Source: Eledone cirrhosa
Lineage: Eukaryota
Direction: 5' to 3'
NCBI GenBank assembly: GCA_964016885.1
Contig: OZ024760.1
Span: forward strand, 12,462,001 to 12,526,000
Length of the DNA stretch: 64,000 nucleotides
Numbering within the stretch: position 1 is the first letter of the stretch; every line of letters begins with the position of its first letter. The notes under the pieces are model-generated. The model did not search any database and was not told the DNA's origin. It saw only the letters and a list, made by a program, of their open reading frames with translations. A program made the translations under genes and the position numbers. Positions 1-11,281 of the stretch are shown in pieces.

Positions 1-44
1 ATGCTTTCTCTCTCTCTCTCTCTATATATATATACATACATACA

Positions 45-77
<33 letters not shown>

Positions 78-190
78 TAGTGTATGTGTGTATGCTTGTC
101 TGTCTCTCTCTACATACATGTGTGTGTGTATATATATTAGTGTATGTGTGTCTCTCTCTCTCTCTCTACATACATGTGTGTGTATGTCTG

Positions 191-222
<32 letters not shown>

Positions 223-736
223 CATGTGTCTGTGTGTATGTATATATATATTAGTGTGTGTGTGTGTATGAGTATGTCTGTCTCTCTCTCTCTGTATATA
301 TATATATATATATGTATGTGTATATGAGTATATCTCTCTTTCTTTCTCTCTCCCTCTTCCTTTCTGTCCCCACTCCTTCTCTTCTATATTTCTCTCTTTC
401 TTTTCCTTCCTTCCTTCCTCTCTTCTTCTTCCTACCAATTGCTTTACTTCCTCTTCCCCTTACAGCTATATAATTTCTTTGTACACATACCCACACATAC
501 ATATATACATACATACACACACATTTATATATATACATACACACACAGACATATATATATATATATATATACACATAAAAATACAAACATACACACATAT
601 ATATCCACATATACATATATACATAAACACATATACATACACATATAGACATACATACACACAATTATATGTATGTGTACACATATATTTATATATATAT
701 ATATCTACACACACATCCACATATGTGTGCGTGTTC

Positions 737-790
<54 letters not shown>

Positions 791-1166
791 ATGTGTGTGT
801 GTGTGTGAGTACATGTGCGTGTATAAATATATATATGTATGTATAGTGTGTGTATATTACAAATAACATACACACATACATATAACATGTACATTACATT
901 GTCACGTGTATGTGTTGTTGTTTAGCCCAGGGCGGCCATTTCTAACCAACCACCATTATCATCAAAAGCGGTCACTGGGTGAATATTCTGTGTTTTTCCT
1001 CAGTGATATGCTGAGCTCCGCTATCCAATATGGACGGAGCCAGACCGAACGGTCAAGTGGTCAAGGAATTCGCTTCTCAATCATTAGGTCCGTGGTTCGA
1101 GCCGACAGCAAGAGAAGGCATCTTGCGCAAATGTAGATTTTACCACAGCCTCCGGTCTACCCACAC

Positions 1167-1331
1167 CAGGTCTGGATTTAGATCTTGGGGGCCCCCGGGG
1201 CACTTCAGGTGGGGTGGGGGTGCCCTTCATACAAAAAAAAAAAAAAAAAAAAAAAAAAAAGAATACACAGCAACCACTGCAGGGAGCCCAGGGGCAATTA
1301 CCCGCTTTGCTTGCCATTAAATCCAGCCCCG
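1167..1331. mobile_element. Short hAT-like MITE with internal poly(A)
   Basis: Imperfect TIRs caggtctggattta / taaatccagccccg and gggcccc subterminal motifs. Confidence 0.4.
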
Positions 1332-1344
1332 TCCATACTCGGAG

Positions 1345-1610
1345 ATGAGACAGTTGCTCCAGTTAGAGCCGCTACTTCTCCGAATTGAGAGATCGCAGCT
1401 CCGATATTGCGGACATGTGGTTAGAATGTCTCAGGAAAGAATCGAACAAGAAAGATGGTTGGATAACATGAACTCGACTGGTCTTGCTTGGGGATCCAGC
1501 TGGATCAATTGGAAATGGTTGCCTCTGACAGGACCCGCTGGAAGGAGTATTTGAGGAATCTGCCCCCGCGACCCTCACAGGAATTAGTGGGCGAAGAAGA
1601 TAGGAACACG
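1345..1610 (+). mobile_element. RTE LINE 3' fragment; related copy at ~43795-44130
   Basis: LLLRIERSQLRYCGHVVRMSQERI; RPKGRPQARWLD in the second copy. Confidence 0.7.
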
Positions 1611-3059
1611 AAGGACAGAAAGTATTTGAAAGGCCGTCAGACGGACTACTGACCCAATAACTCTAAGGGCCCAGCCTTGTCACACAGTGTGTCATGCTGA
1701 ATCTCCCTGAGAATTATTTTTTAAGAGTACACAAATCTGTGAAATGCTTGAGCAAAACACTTCATTTTACGTTGCCCCAGTGGTAAGGGTGTTGGACTTA
1801 CCATAATAATGCTATGGGTTCGATTCTTGGGCTGGGTTGTGTTGTGTTCCTGAGCAAAACACTTCATTTCCTGTTGTTTCAGAATACTCAGCTGAAAAAA
1901 TGAGTAACAACAGCAATAGCTGGGGGTTTAACCCTGCGATGGTCTGGCGTCCTGTCCAGGGGGAGTCTTGTACTCTCAGTCACTTTACGCCATGGAAAAC
2001 AGGGATAAGGACTGACCTGACAAACCTTCTGGCTTGAGTCAGACATTAGATTTAGGGCTACTTACAATGAAGGATCACCACCCTGGTTAAGTAGACCTAT
2101 GATCAGAAGCATTCCAACCGCGACCACCCCTTCTTATATATATATATATATTTAAGTCTAAAGTCTGTCTTAAGCCAGGAGGCTCATTTGGCCGGTACTT
2201 ATCCCGGTTATCCATGGCGTGAGGCGACTGAGAGGACAAGACTTCCCTTGGACAGGACGCCAGTCCATCGCAGGGATAAACCCCCACCTATTACTGGTAC
2301 TCATTTTCAGCTGAGTATATTGGAGCAACGTGAAATGAAGTGTTTTGCTCAAGAACACAACACGCAATCCTGTCCAGGAATCGAACCCACGACATTATGA
2401 TAGTAAGTCCAACGCCCTTACCACTGGGCCACGTGCCCCCCTCTCTCTCTCTCTACACACACACATATATATATATATACATATATATATACATACACAC
2501 ACACATTGTATATATGTAATATTACGTAACATAATTTAATATCGCTTACGGCGGTAACGAAGTGACGTTTAATAGATGTTTGGCTACTATTTCTAGCAAA
2601 GTTCAACGACCATCACTAGTGTGTGTAGTATGGTGGTGTTTATGTTTTTCTCGCTCTCTCTCTCTCACACACACACACACTCTCTCACTCTCTCACACAC
2701 ACACACACTCACTCTCTCTCACACACACACTCTCTCTCACACACACACACACACTCACTCTCTCTCACACACACACACACTCACTCTCTCACACACACAC
2801 ACTCTCTCTCTCACACACACACACTCCCTCACTCTCACACACACACACACATACACCCTCTCTCACACACACCCACCCTCTCTCTCACACACACACACTC
2901 TCTCTCTCTCTCACACACACACTCCCTCTCTCTCACACACACACTCTCTCTCTCTCTCACACACACACTCCCTCACTCTCACACACACATACACTCTCTC
3001 TCACACACACACATACACCCTCTCTCACACACACCCACCCTCTCTCTCACACACACACA

Positions 3060-3091
<32 letters not shown>

Positions 3092-3244
3092 CTCTCTCAC
3101 ACACACACTCTCTCTCTCTCTCTCACACACACACATACACTCTCTCTCACACACACACACACACTCTCTCTTTCTCTCTCACACACTCCACTAATACAAA
3201 TACTATTATAGAACCTCGCTATCGTGAACTCTGACCTCAACCTA

Positions 3245-3284
<40 letters not shown>

Positions 3285-3473
3285 CATATATGTGTGTATG
3301 TGTGTGTTTATTTCTTTCCCCCAATCTCACTCTCTCTGTCTGCTAATCACTCTCTCTCTCCCTCTTTATGTCTCCCCCCCCCTCTCTCACCGTCTAATAC
3401 ATCAATACATGTAATTCTCTCCATAGTTAACTTCCCATCTTCCTATTCGAAATTCAAATTTCTCTCTCACACT

Positions 3474-3506
<33 letters not shown>

Positions 3507-3694
3507 TCTCTCTCTCCGTCTATTTCTCCTGTCTTCCATTCCAAACCATTCTTGGCCATACTCAACCATTCTTACACTCTTATACAATACAGTTGTTTCT
3601 CTATGACGTCCTATAGTACTATACACACATTAATCAGTCAGTCGATATATATATGGTACGTATATTTTTATTGGCAGCATGACCCTCCCAAAGT

Positions 3695-3734
<40 letters not shown>

Positions 3735-3759
3735 GATACTAACAAATGGAAACTATATT

Positions 3760-3824
3760 TATTTTATTATACATATTTCAAGGATACCATGTTAAATTAT
3801 GGTATGCCTTCATCAGACAAAATA
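3760..3824 (-). ncRNA. Type I hammerhead ribozyme motif (left arm of fold-back element)
   Basis: Minus strand reads tattttgt-CTGATGA-aggcatacc..ggtatcctt-GAAA-t atgt a-TA-ataaaata; stems I and II pair, minimal stem III. Confidence 0.75.
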
Positions 3825-3933
3825 CAATATATACCAGTTTTATAAATAAATATTGACATACCCTTTCAAAATGCAACCGTTACTTTTGGAAGACATCGGG
3901 ATAGATATTTATTTATAAAACTGGTATATATTG

Positions 3934-3998
3934 TATTTTGTCTGATGAAAGCATACCATAATTTAACATGGTATCCTTGAAATATGTATAATAAAATA
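3934..3998 (+). ncRNA. Type I hammerhead ribozyme motif (right arm of fold-back element 3731-4130)
   Basis: CTGATGA 3942-3948, GAAA 3979-3982, AUA cleavage triplet, stem I tattttgt/ataaaata. Confidence 0.75.
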
Positions 3999-4182
3999 GA
4001 TATGGTTTTATAAATATAGTTTCCATTTGTTAATATCGTATATTTACTCCACATACTTGTCGAGTGCTTTATATCAGTTATAAAAATATTTGCTTGTTGT
4101 ATCCCAACAATTTAAATAGAACTTTTGCATATATATATATATATATATATTTATTTGGGTTTGTTGGTTCACCACTGCATAG

Positions 4183-4404
4183 AACTGGTCAGTCTGTCTG
4201 TGTGGTCAGCCACGATGTAATATTATGGAAAGCACTCAACGTAACGGAACCCACCAGTCTTCGTTTGTGTAGTTGGTGGTGCGAGTACGGAGTTAATTAT
4301 TACAAAATAACAGGAGGCATGTTCTGGTGTAAATCCTTGAAAGGTTTATTTTACTATGATCATTTCAATGACCGAGTTCAGTATGAATCCGGTGACATCA
4401 TCAG
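4183..4404 (+). CDS. Internal exon of an unidentified gene (5' part outside window): TGQSVCVVSHDVILWKALNVTEPTSLRLCSWWCEYGVNYYKITGGMFWCKSLKGLFYYDHFNDRVQYESGDII
   Basis: gcatag acceptor, CAG|gtaatt donor, 222 nt open, phase 2/2, complex non-repetitive protein-like translation amid microsatellites. Confidence 0.65.
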
Positions 4405-5449
4405 GTAATTCAAAATATAACGAAGGAATATAGCAGATAAAAATCCTTGGTGTTTAAATCAGAGACAAGAGGGTGGCCGGTATTTTAGCAACTTGTATCT
4501 GCTTCGACCACCCTCAAGTGTTTCCTCGGTCCGATTCGACGAAAGTCGATCGACAGTCGATATATATAGCCAGTCTAATTTCAAACTAGCTCGCTGTTTC
4601 CAAATTATTTACAGCAGTAAACAAAAAAGGTACTTAAGTTTCGTTGGGTTATACACCTCCCCATCTCATTTAGCCTGTTATATATATAACTGGCTGTATG
4701 AGTTTGGGTGTACAACCCAACGAAACATATATATATATATATACGATATATGTATGTGTATTGTTATATTTGGTACTCTAGTTATTCGCTATATAAATAT
4801 ATTTTCCTTCTTTCGTTTAGAGATTTCTTCGTCTTTCTCTCCTTCTTATAATCGATCTTATACCTTCTCTTTCAATCTAGATGTCGGCTTCTCCCCCCCC
4901 CCCATCTCTCTCTCACTCGTTCTTCTTTCTTTTAATTCTCATCTATTTATCTATCGATTACAACCCCTCTTCCTCTCTCTTTATTTCTTTACTTTTCCTC
5001 AAGCATCCTATCTATTCTCTCTGAGCGGTTATAGAATTGGATTCGTAATCGTGAAGTTGTGAGTTCGATTCCCAGACCGGGCGATGCGTTATGTCCTTGA
5101 ACAAGACACTTTATTTCACGTTGCTGGAGTTACAACCGATTGATAGTATTAGCAATTGGAAAGACCAAAGGAAACATTGTTTCCTCGGTCCGATTCGACG
5201 AAAGTCGATCGACAGTCGATATATATAGCCAGTCTATTTCTAATCCCAAACTCGCTCGCTGTTTCCAAATTATTTACAACATACTCATATAAAGGTACTT
5301 AAGTTTCGTTGGGTTATACACCTCCCCCCATCTCATTTAGCCTGTTATATATATAACTGGCTGAATGAGTTTGGGTGTACAACCCAACGAAACTTAAGTA
5401 CCTCTACACGTCACTGTTATATATATATAAATATATAAATCAACATTAT

Positions 5450-5517
<68 letters not shown>

Positions 5518-5877
5518 ATTATCTTATATAAGTCCATACACCCAACAGACCGCCCCCCGTTAATTAAATTTAATACTTATAATTTCTATCACGCAAGCCT
5601 GTTTGAAAAGGAATCGATCCAAATTCGCTGGTCGCACAGAATTATCTCCCTTACATACGCTTTACAAACATACACACATACAAACATACGTAAATACGTA
5701 CATTCAAACATACATACATACATACATAAATAAATACATACATGCATATAACTTAAAACACACACATCCACACATACAATAACATCCATACCTTCACACA
5801 CACACACACGCGCATACATATATCTACCTTGTTGTTGATGTGTAAATTCCAATGAGAGTCTTGTATCTCTGTTAGAA

Positions 5878-5916
<39 letters not shown>

Positions 5917-5984
5917 AAACAAATATAAAATTATAAAAGCAGAGGAACATACATACATATATAGATACATACATACGTATATAT

Positions 5985-6375
5985 TGTTAACCATGTTGCC
6001 AACAACAACCCTGAGTACCTTTTTGATTTCCATGTGTCTAACACACGTGGACATGCCCACAAAGTAAGAAAACAGCACAGTTCCCATGACTTTCGGAAAC
6101 ATTTTTTCACGCTCAGAGTTGCTGAAGCATGGAACAAACTACCTGCATCGGTTGTTAGCTGTCGAGACACTGCATCCTTTAAGGCTTCCATGCTTCCTGA
6201 GATCTGCCAACACTACAGCTAATGTTCCCCCTCCATACACATACACACATGTATACCATGACTCATACACTATTCACTTCCCTGACATTTGTGTATTATT
6301 CTATGTACTATACATACACCTTTGACGAGTTGTAGTGCACCTTAGCACTTTACACAATAATTTCATTATTATTAT
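5985..6375 (+). mobile_element. CR1/L2-type LINE 3' end with AATAA and (ATT)n tail
   Basis: TRGHAHKV..RKHFFTLRVAEAWNKLPASVV..FK; short reverse copy at ~23565-23645. Confidence 0.8.
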
Positions 6376-6558
6376 TTTATACATGCATACCAAGTCTCTC
6401 CCTGGACTGGACGTCAGTCCATCTCAGGGTGAACTCACCCCACCCCCAGTATACTGTTTTAACGCAACACACAACCCAGCCCAGGAATCAAACTCATAAC
6501 ATTATAATCAAAAGTCCAACACCTTAACCACCCAGTCCAGAAATCGAACTCATGACTA

Positions 6559-6592
<34 letters not shown>

Positions 6593-6635
6593 AGAGATCG
6601 AGAGAGAAAATGACATGATATATATATATATATAA

Positions 6636-6666
<31 letters not shown>

Positions 6667-6676
6667 AATATAACTA

Positions 6677-6732
<56 letters not shown>

Positions 6733-6738
6733 TAACTA

Positions 6739-6788
<50 letters not shown>

Positions 6789-6794
6789 TAACTA

Positions 6795-6834
<40 letters not shown>

Positions 6835-6884
6835 AATATAACTATCTCTCTCTCTCTCTATATATATATATATAAATATAATTA

Positions 6885-6922
<38 letters not shown>

Positions 6923-6935
6923 AATATAACTAACT

Positions 6936-6980
<45 letters not shown>

Positions 6981-6990
6981 AATATAACTA

Positions 6991-7030
<40 letters not shown>

Positions 7031-7114
7031 AATATAACTATCTCTCTTTCTCTCTCTATATATATATGTGTGTGGGTGTGTGTGTGTATAACTTTCATTC
7101 GGGAGAAATCATCA

Positions 7115-7167
7115 GGGCCTCCTAATGATTTCTCCCGAATGAAACAGTTCTAGTCTTGTAGAAGCCT
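7115..7167 (+). ncRNA. Hammerhead motif with core mutation (CTAATGA), probably inactive
   Basis: CTAATGA 7122-7128, GAAAcag..ttGTA, stem I gggcctc/gaagcct; same family as 14563-14645. Confidence 0.55.
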
Positions 7168-7403
7168 TTTCTATATTAAATATTTATACTCTGCTTTGTA
7201 TTGAGTACCTTACTTACTGTGGTTACCCCTGATTGAACCCGGGATAAATATATATATATATATATATATATATGGAAAGTTATATTTAAAATTGTTGGGT
7301 TACAACTAGTAAATATTTATAACTGATATAAAAGCACTCGACAAATATTTGGAGTATATTTACAATATTAAGTAAATGGAAACTATATTTATAAAACCAT
7401 ATT

Positions 7404-7469
7404 TATTTCATTATATATATTTCAGGGATATCATATTAACAATATGCTATGCCTTCCTCAGACAAAATA
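7404..7469 (-). ncRNA. Type I hammerhead ribozyme motif (CTGAGGA)
   Basis: Minus strand: tattttgt-CTGAGGA-aggcatagcatatt..aatatgatatccct-GAAA-tatatata-atgaaata. Confidence 0.7.
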
Positions 7470-7584
7470 CAATATAAACAGTTTTATAGATAAATAGATT
7501 CGACTGCCAAATCAACCTCTTCAAATGCAAGTCGATGTTGTTACGGTATGTCGAATCTATTTATCTATAAAACTGTTTATATTG

Positions 7585-7650
7585 TATTTTGTCTGAGGAA
7601 GGCATAGCATATTGTTAATATGATATCCCTGAAATATATATAGTGAAATA
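7585..7650 (+). ncRNA. Type I hammerhead ribozyme motif (CTGAGGA), right arm of fold-back 7275-7692
   Basis: CTGAGGA 7593-7599, GAAA 7631-7634, palindromic ATAT stem III loop, AUA triplet. Confidence 0.65.
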
Positions 7651-7687
7651 GATATGGTTTTATAAATATAGTTTCCATTTACTTAAT

Positions 7688-7734
<47 letters not shown>

Positions 7735-7752
7735 CCATCCCTGCTCTCTCTC

Positions 7753-7975
7753 TATTAAAATAACAGATTAAAGTTTAAGCAAAGAATCGCTGCTTTCACC
7801 CTAACGGGATCTTTTTTAGTTTCAGAAGATCCCGTTAGGGTGAAAGCAGCGATTCTTTGCTTAAACTTTAATCTGTTATTTTAATAAATATTTGCTCTAC
7901 GGTTCTTATATATCTGATATATATTTATCCTTATCGAGCCCTCTTTGGATTTTAGTCTTTACCTGAACCTTAGTT
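7753..7975 (+). mobile_element. Fold-back element with degenerate hammerhead (CAGAAGA-tcccgttagggt-GAAA-gca..tgc-TT); other copies at ~14345-14485(-), ~37005-37145(-), ~53228-53410
   Basis: About 60-bp perfect inverted arms; recurring family sequence next to (TA)n. Confidence 0.6.
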
Positions 7976-8237
7976 ACGCTCTATTATTTTTTTAGGGCGG
8001 TGGATTGGCAGTATCGGTGGAGGGTCGGACGCCATGCTTTCCAGCATAGTTACGTCCCTTTACGATCTGAGTTCAAATCCCGCCGAGGTTGACTTTGCCT
8101 TTCATCCTTACGGGGTCGATAAATAAAGTACCAGTAATGCACTGGGTATTTGCTGGCTTTGTGCCTAAAGTAGAAACAATTATTCTCTATATATACACAC
8201 TAATCTCTAAATCCTTCCTTTGCCATTGTTTTATCAG

Positions 8238-8330
8238 CCGTGTTCGGTGGGCCGTGGTGAGAGGAATAAGCTGAGATGCCTCATTTAAGAAGGATTATCG
8301 TAAATATCTGATGAACTGTAGATGAACAAG
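8238..8330 (+). CDS. Candidate 93-nt exon of the same gene with two in-frame TGA: (S)RVRWAVVRGIS*DASFKKDYRKYLMNCR*T(R)
   Basis: Pyrimidine-rich ttttatcag acceptor, AAG|gtgaag donor, phase 2/2 matches both neighbours; TGA at 8272-8274 and 8323-8325. Confidence 0.45.
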
Positions 8331-9190
8331 GTGAAGTTTAGTGGGAGTGAGAGGAGGTGAAGGTTGGTGGGAGTGAGAGGAGGTGAAGGTTGGTGGGAGT
8401 GGTAGGAGGTGAAGTTTAGTGGGAGTGAGAGGAGGTGAAGGTTGGGGGGAGTGGTAGGAGGTGAAGTTTAGTGGGAGTGAGAGGAGGTGAAGGTTGGTGG
8501 GAGGTGAAGGTTGGTGGAAGTGAGAGGAGGTGAAGGTTGGTGGGAGTGGTAGGAGGTGAAGGTTGGTGGGAGTGCTAGGAGGTGAAGGTTGGTGGGAGTG
8601 GTAGGAGGTGAAGTTTAGTGGGAGTGAGAGGAGGTGAAGGTTGGTGGAAGTGAGAGGAGGTGAAGGTTGGTGGGAGTGGTAGGAGGTGAAGGTTGGTGGG
8701 AGTGCTAGGAGGTGAAGGTTGGTGGGTGTGGTAGGAGGTGAAGGTTGGTGGGAGTGAGAGGAGGTGAAGGTTGGTGGGAGTGCTAGGAGGTGAAGGTTGG
8801 TGGGTGTGGTAGGAGGTGAAGGTTGGTGGGAGTGAGAGGAGGTGAAGGTTGGTGGGAGTGCTAGGAGGTGAAGGTTGGTGGGAGTGGTAGGAGGTGAAGG
8901 TTGGTGGGAGTGAGAGGAGGTGAAGGTTGGTGGGAGTGCTAGGAGGTGAAGGTTGGTGGGAGTGGTAGGAGGTGAAGGTTGGTGGGAGTGGTAGGAGGTG
9001 AAGGTTGGGGGAGTGGTAGGAGGTGAAGTTTAGTGGGAGTGAGAGGTGAAGGTTGGGGGAAGTGAGAGGAGGTGAAGGTTGGGGGAAGTGAGAGGAGGTG
9101 AAGTTTAGTGGGAGTGAGAGGAGGTGAAGGTTGGGGGAAGTGAGAGGAGGTGAAGGTTGGGGGGAGTGGTAGGAGGTGAAGAAGGTTAGG
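8331..9190 (+). repeat. G-rich ~24-bp minisatellite (ggaggtgaaggttggtgggagtgaga variants)
   Basis: Directly visible tandem array starting at the exon donor. Confidence 0.9.
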
Positions 9191-9310
9191 GAGGGGGGAT
9201 GAGATTAACTGCAATGTGGAGTTCATTAACAAACACACCACCACCCCTCCTTCTTTTCTCTCTACCACCACACATTTGCAAATATACTCATTGATGAACA
9301 AACACACACA

Positions 9311-9353
<43 letters not shown>

Positions 9354-9370
9354 GAAGACTGTCTGTATAT

Positions 9371-9472
9371 ATAGGGTGTCCCCCAAAATGTATACACACT
9401 TTCATTACCTGTACAGACAATATTGATTAGAATGCTGTTAAAGTGTGTATACATCTTTTGGGGACACCCTAT
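9371..9472. mobile_element. Tc1/mariner-like MITE; second copy at ~29078-29157
   Basis: About 28-bp TIRs tagggtgtcccc..aaaatgtatacaca / tgtgtatacat..ggggacacccta with TA flanks. Confidence 0.6.
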
Positions 9473-9478
9473 AATATG

Positions 9479-9518
<40 letters not shown>

Positions 9519-9785
9519 TATATACATACACATTTTTAACGACACAGGGTCAGCGAGTATTACATATTCCGTCCGTAAAATAATTGTTTCTACTTTTGGC
9601 ACAAGGCCAGCAATTATCCCAGTACATTACTGGTACTTTATTTTATAGACCCTGTAAGGATGAAAGGCAAAGTTAACCGTCCGTAAAATAATGTATTATA
9701 TATTGCTAGAGATAATTGGTAATATAGCTGTAACAGTAAATAACTAGATAAATAAATAAACAAACTTGTGATAATCTTCTGCCAG

Positions 9786-9936
9786 GGATTCCTGGAAGGA
9801 GTATTTCAGGGCCCAGTCTCCCCACAACAACCATCTCAAGAATAGATCGGCAAAGAAGAAAAAATTGTCAAAACGAAATCCTAATGCAAGGGAAACGACT
9901 CGAGACCGCAAGGGAGATAACTGCATAAACATTTAA
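9786..9936 (+). CDS. Terminal exon of the same gene: DSWKEYFRAQSPHNNHLKNRSAKKKKLSKRNPNARETTRDRKGDNCINI*
   Basis: tcttctgccag acceptor, phase 2 entry, basic NLS-like tail, TAA overlapped by AATAAA. Confidence 0.55.
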
Positions 9937-10012
9937 TAAATTAATGAATTACATGATTTGCACTTGTTTACAGCAAAGAAACGTAATAATATACCCCGTA
10001 TATATACATATA

Positions 10013-10056
<44 letters not shown>

Positions 10057-10112
10057 TATATTAAGGCGCATGTTTGAGATTTTCTCAAACATAACACCTA
10101 TACTTTTGAATG

Positions 10113-10155
<43 letters not shown>

Positions 10156-10607
10156 AAAATGTTTAATCCCGACGGCAGAGCTCAAGCCGTTTCGACGGCT
10201 ATTTCTGAACGCTTTTACCACGCCTCCTATATATATAAATCACTGAGACTCACAGAGGTGATGATGATGAAATGCAGTGAGTGGAGAGATGCTGCGCTGA
10301 GAAGGACCTGTCCAACCCATGCAAGCGAGGAAAAATGGACGTAAAAATGAAAAGATGATATATGTATATATATGTGTGTGTATATATATATATAGTATGT
10401 ATATATTTATGTGTGTGTAATATTTCAGATAGATGCGCTGTGCCATCACCTTTTCAAAAAAAACTATATCCTACACACACCGCCAATATCAACAGTTTTC
10501 CAAGAGATGTGAAACTTCAATGGACCTGTTATTTTTCTCTAAAAAATTTTTTTCCATTTCCACCCTGCCTCCTCAATCTTTCTATTTCTTCTTTAATTTC
10601 TTATTCT

Positions 10608-10645
10608 TTCGTCTGATGAAGGACTAACGTCAGAAACGTTAAGAC
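10608..10645 (+). ncRNA. Minimal hammerhead motif (CTGATGA-aggactaacgtca-GAAACGTT)
   Basis: Core boxes intact, palindromic ACGT stem III, weak stem I; same family as 17436-17471. Confidence 0.5.
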
Positions 10646-10744
10646 TCTCTTCCAACTATTTCAAGCATTAAACTAATATATTCCTTCCATGTACTGTGCC
10701 ATTGTTTTTGACTTTTTGTTTCTTTCTGTTTACCTCTTACATAT

Positions 10745-11217
10745 GTACGAAAGGCCGGTTATACGATGCCGATGCGCAATGCTGCATGGTAGTGAGACAT
10801 GGGCAGCAACTGCAGAGGATATGCGACGGCTGAAGAGAAATGAAGCAAGTATGCTCCGTTGGATGTGTAATGTCAATGTGTGTGAACGACCAAGCATAGA
10901 TGAGTTGAGAGAGAAACTGTGTATAAGAGGGATAAGTTGTGGTGTGCGGGAGACACGACTGAGATTGGATGGACATATTATGCACATGGAGGATGACCGC
11001 TGGGTAAAGAAGTGCCAAGAAATGCCAGTTGAAGGAAGGCGCAGTAGAGGAAGACAACGAAAAACATGGGCGGAGGTGGTGAGAGCAGATCTCAGATCGC
11101 TGAAGCTTACGTAGGAGATGACGAAGGACCGTGACAAGTGGAGAGATGTTGTGCTGAATAGGACCCGTCCCACCCTTGCAAGCAGGGAAAAGCGGACGTA
11201 AAATGATGATGATGATG

Positions 11218-11220
<3 letters not shown>
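10745..11220 (+). mobile_element. RTE LINE 3' fragment with (ATG)n tail
   Basis: AMLHGSETWA..MLRWMCNV..RGRQRKTW; near copy at 24395-24905 and a short piece at ~10250-10360. Confidence 0.85.

Positions 11221-11281
<61 letters not shown>

Noticed and set aside
1030-1115. tRNA-like sequence with GGTTCGAGCC
   Set aside because: No closed acceptor stem or clean cloverleaf; more likely a SINE head
8272-8325. Genome-wide TGA=Trp code or NUMT as the explanation for the in-frame TGAs
   Set aside because: Spliced nuclear context, Trp in the neighbouring exons and other genes is TGG, and the RTE ORF terminates at TGA
9946-9986. SECIS-like attac-ATGA-tttgc..gcaaa-GA-aac-gtaat after the stop codon; also ATGA-12nt-AAA at ~12476
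   Set aside because: The first has too short an upper helix and no apical AA; the second pairs poorly. Neither fits canonical SECIS geometry
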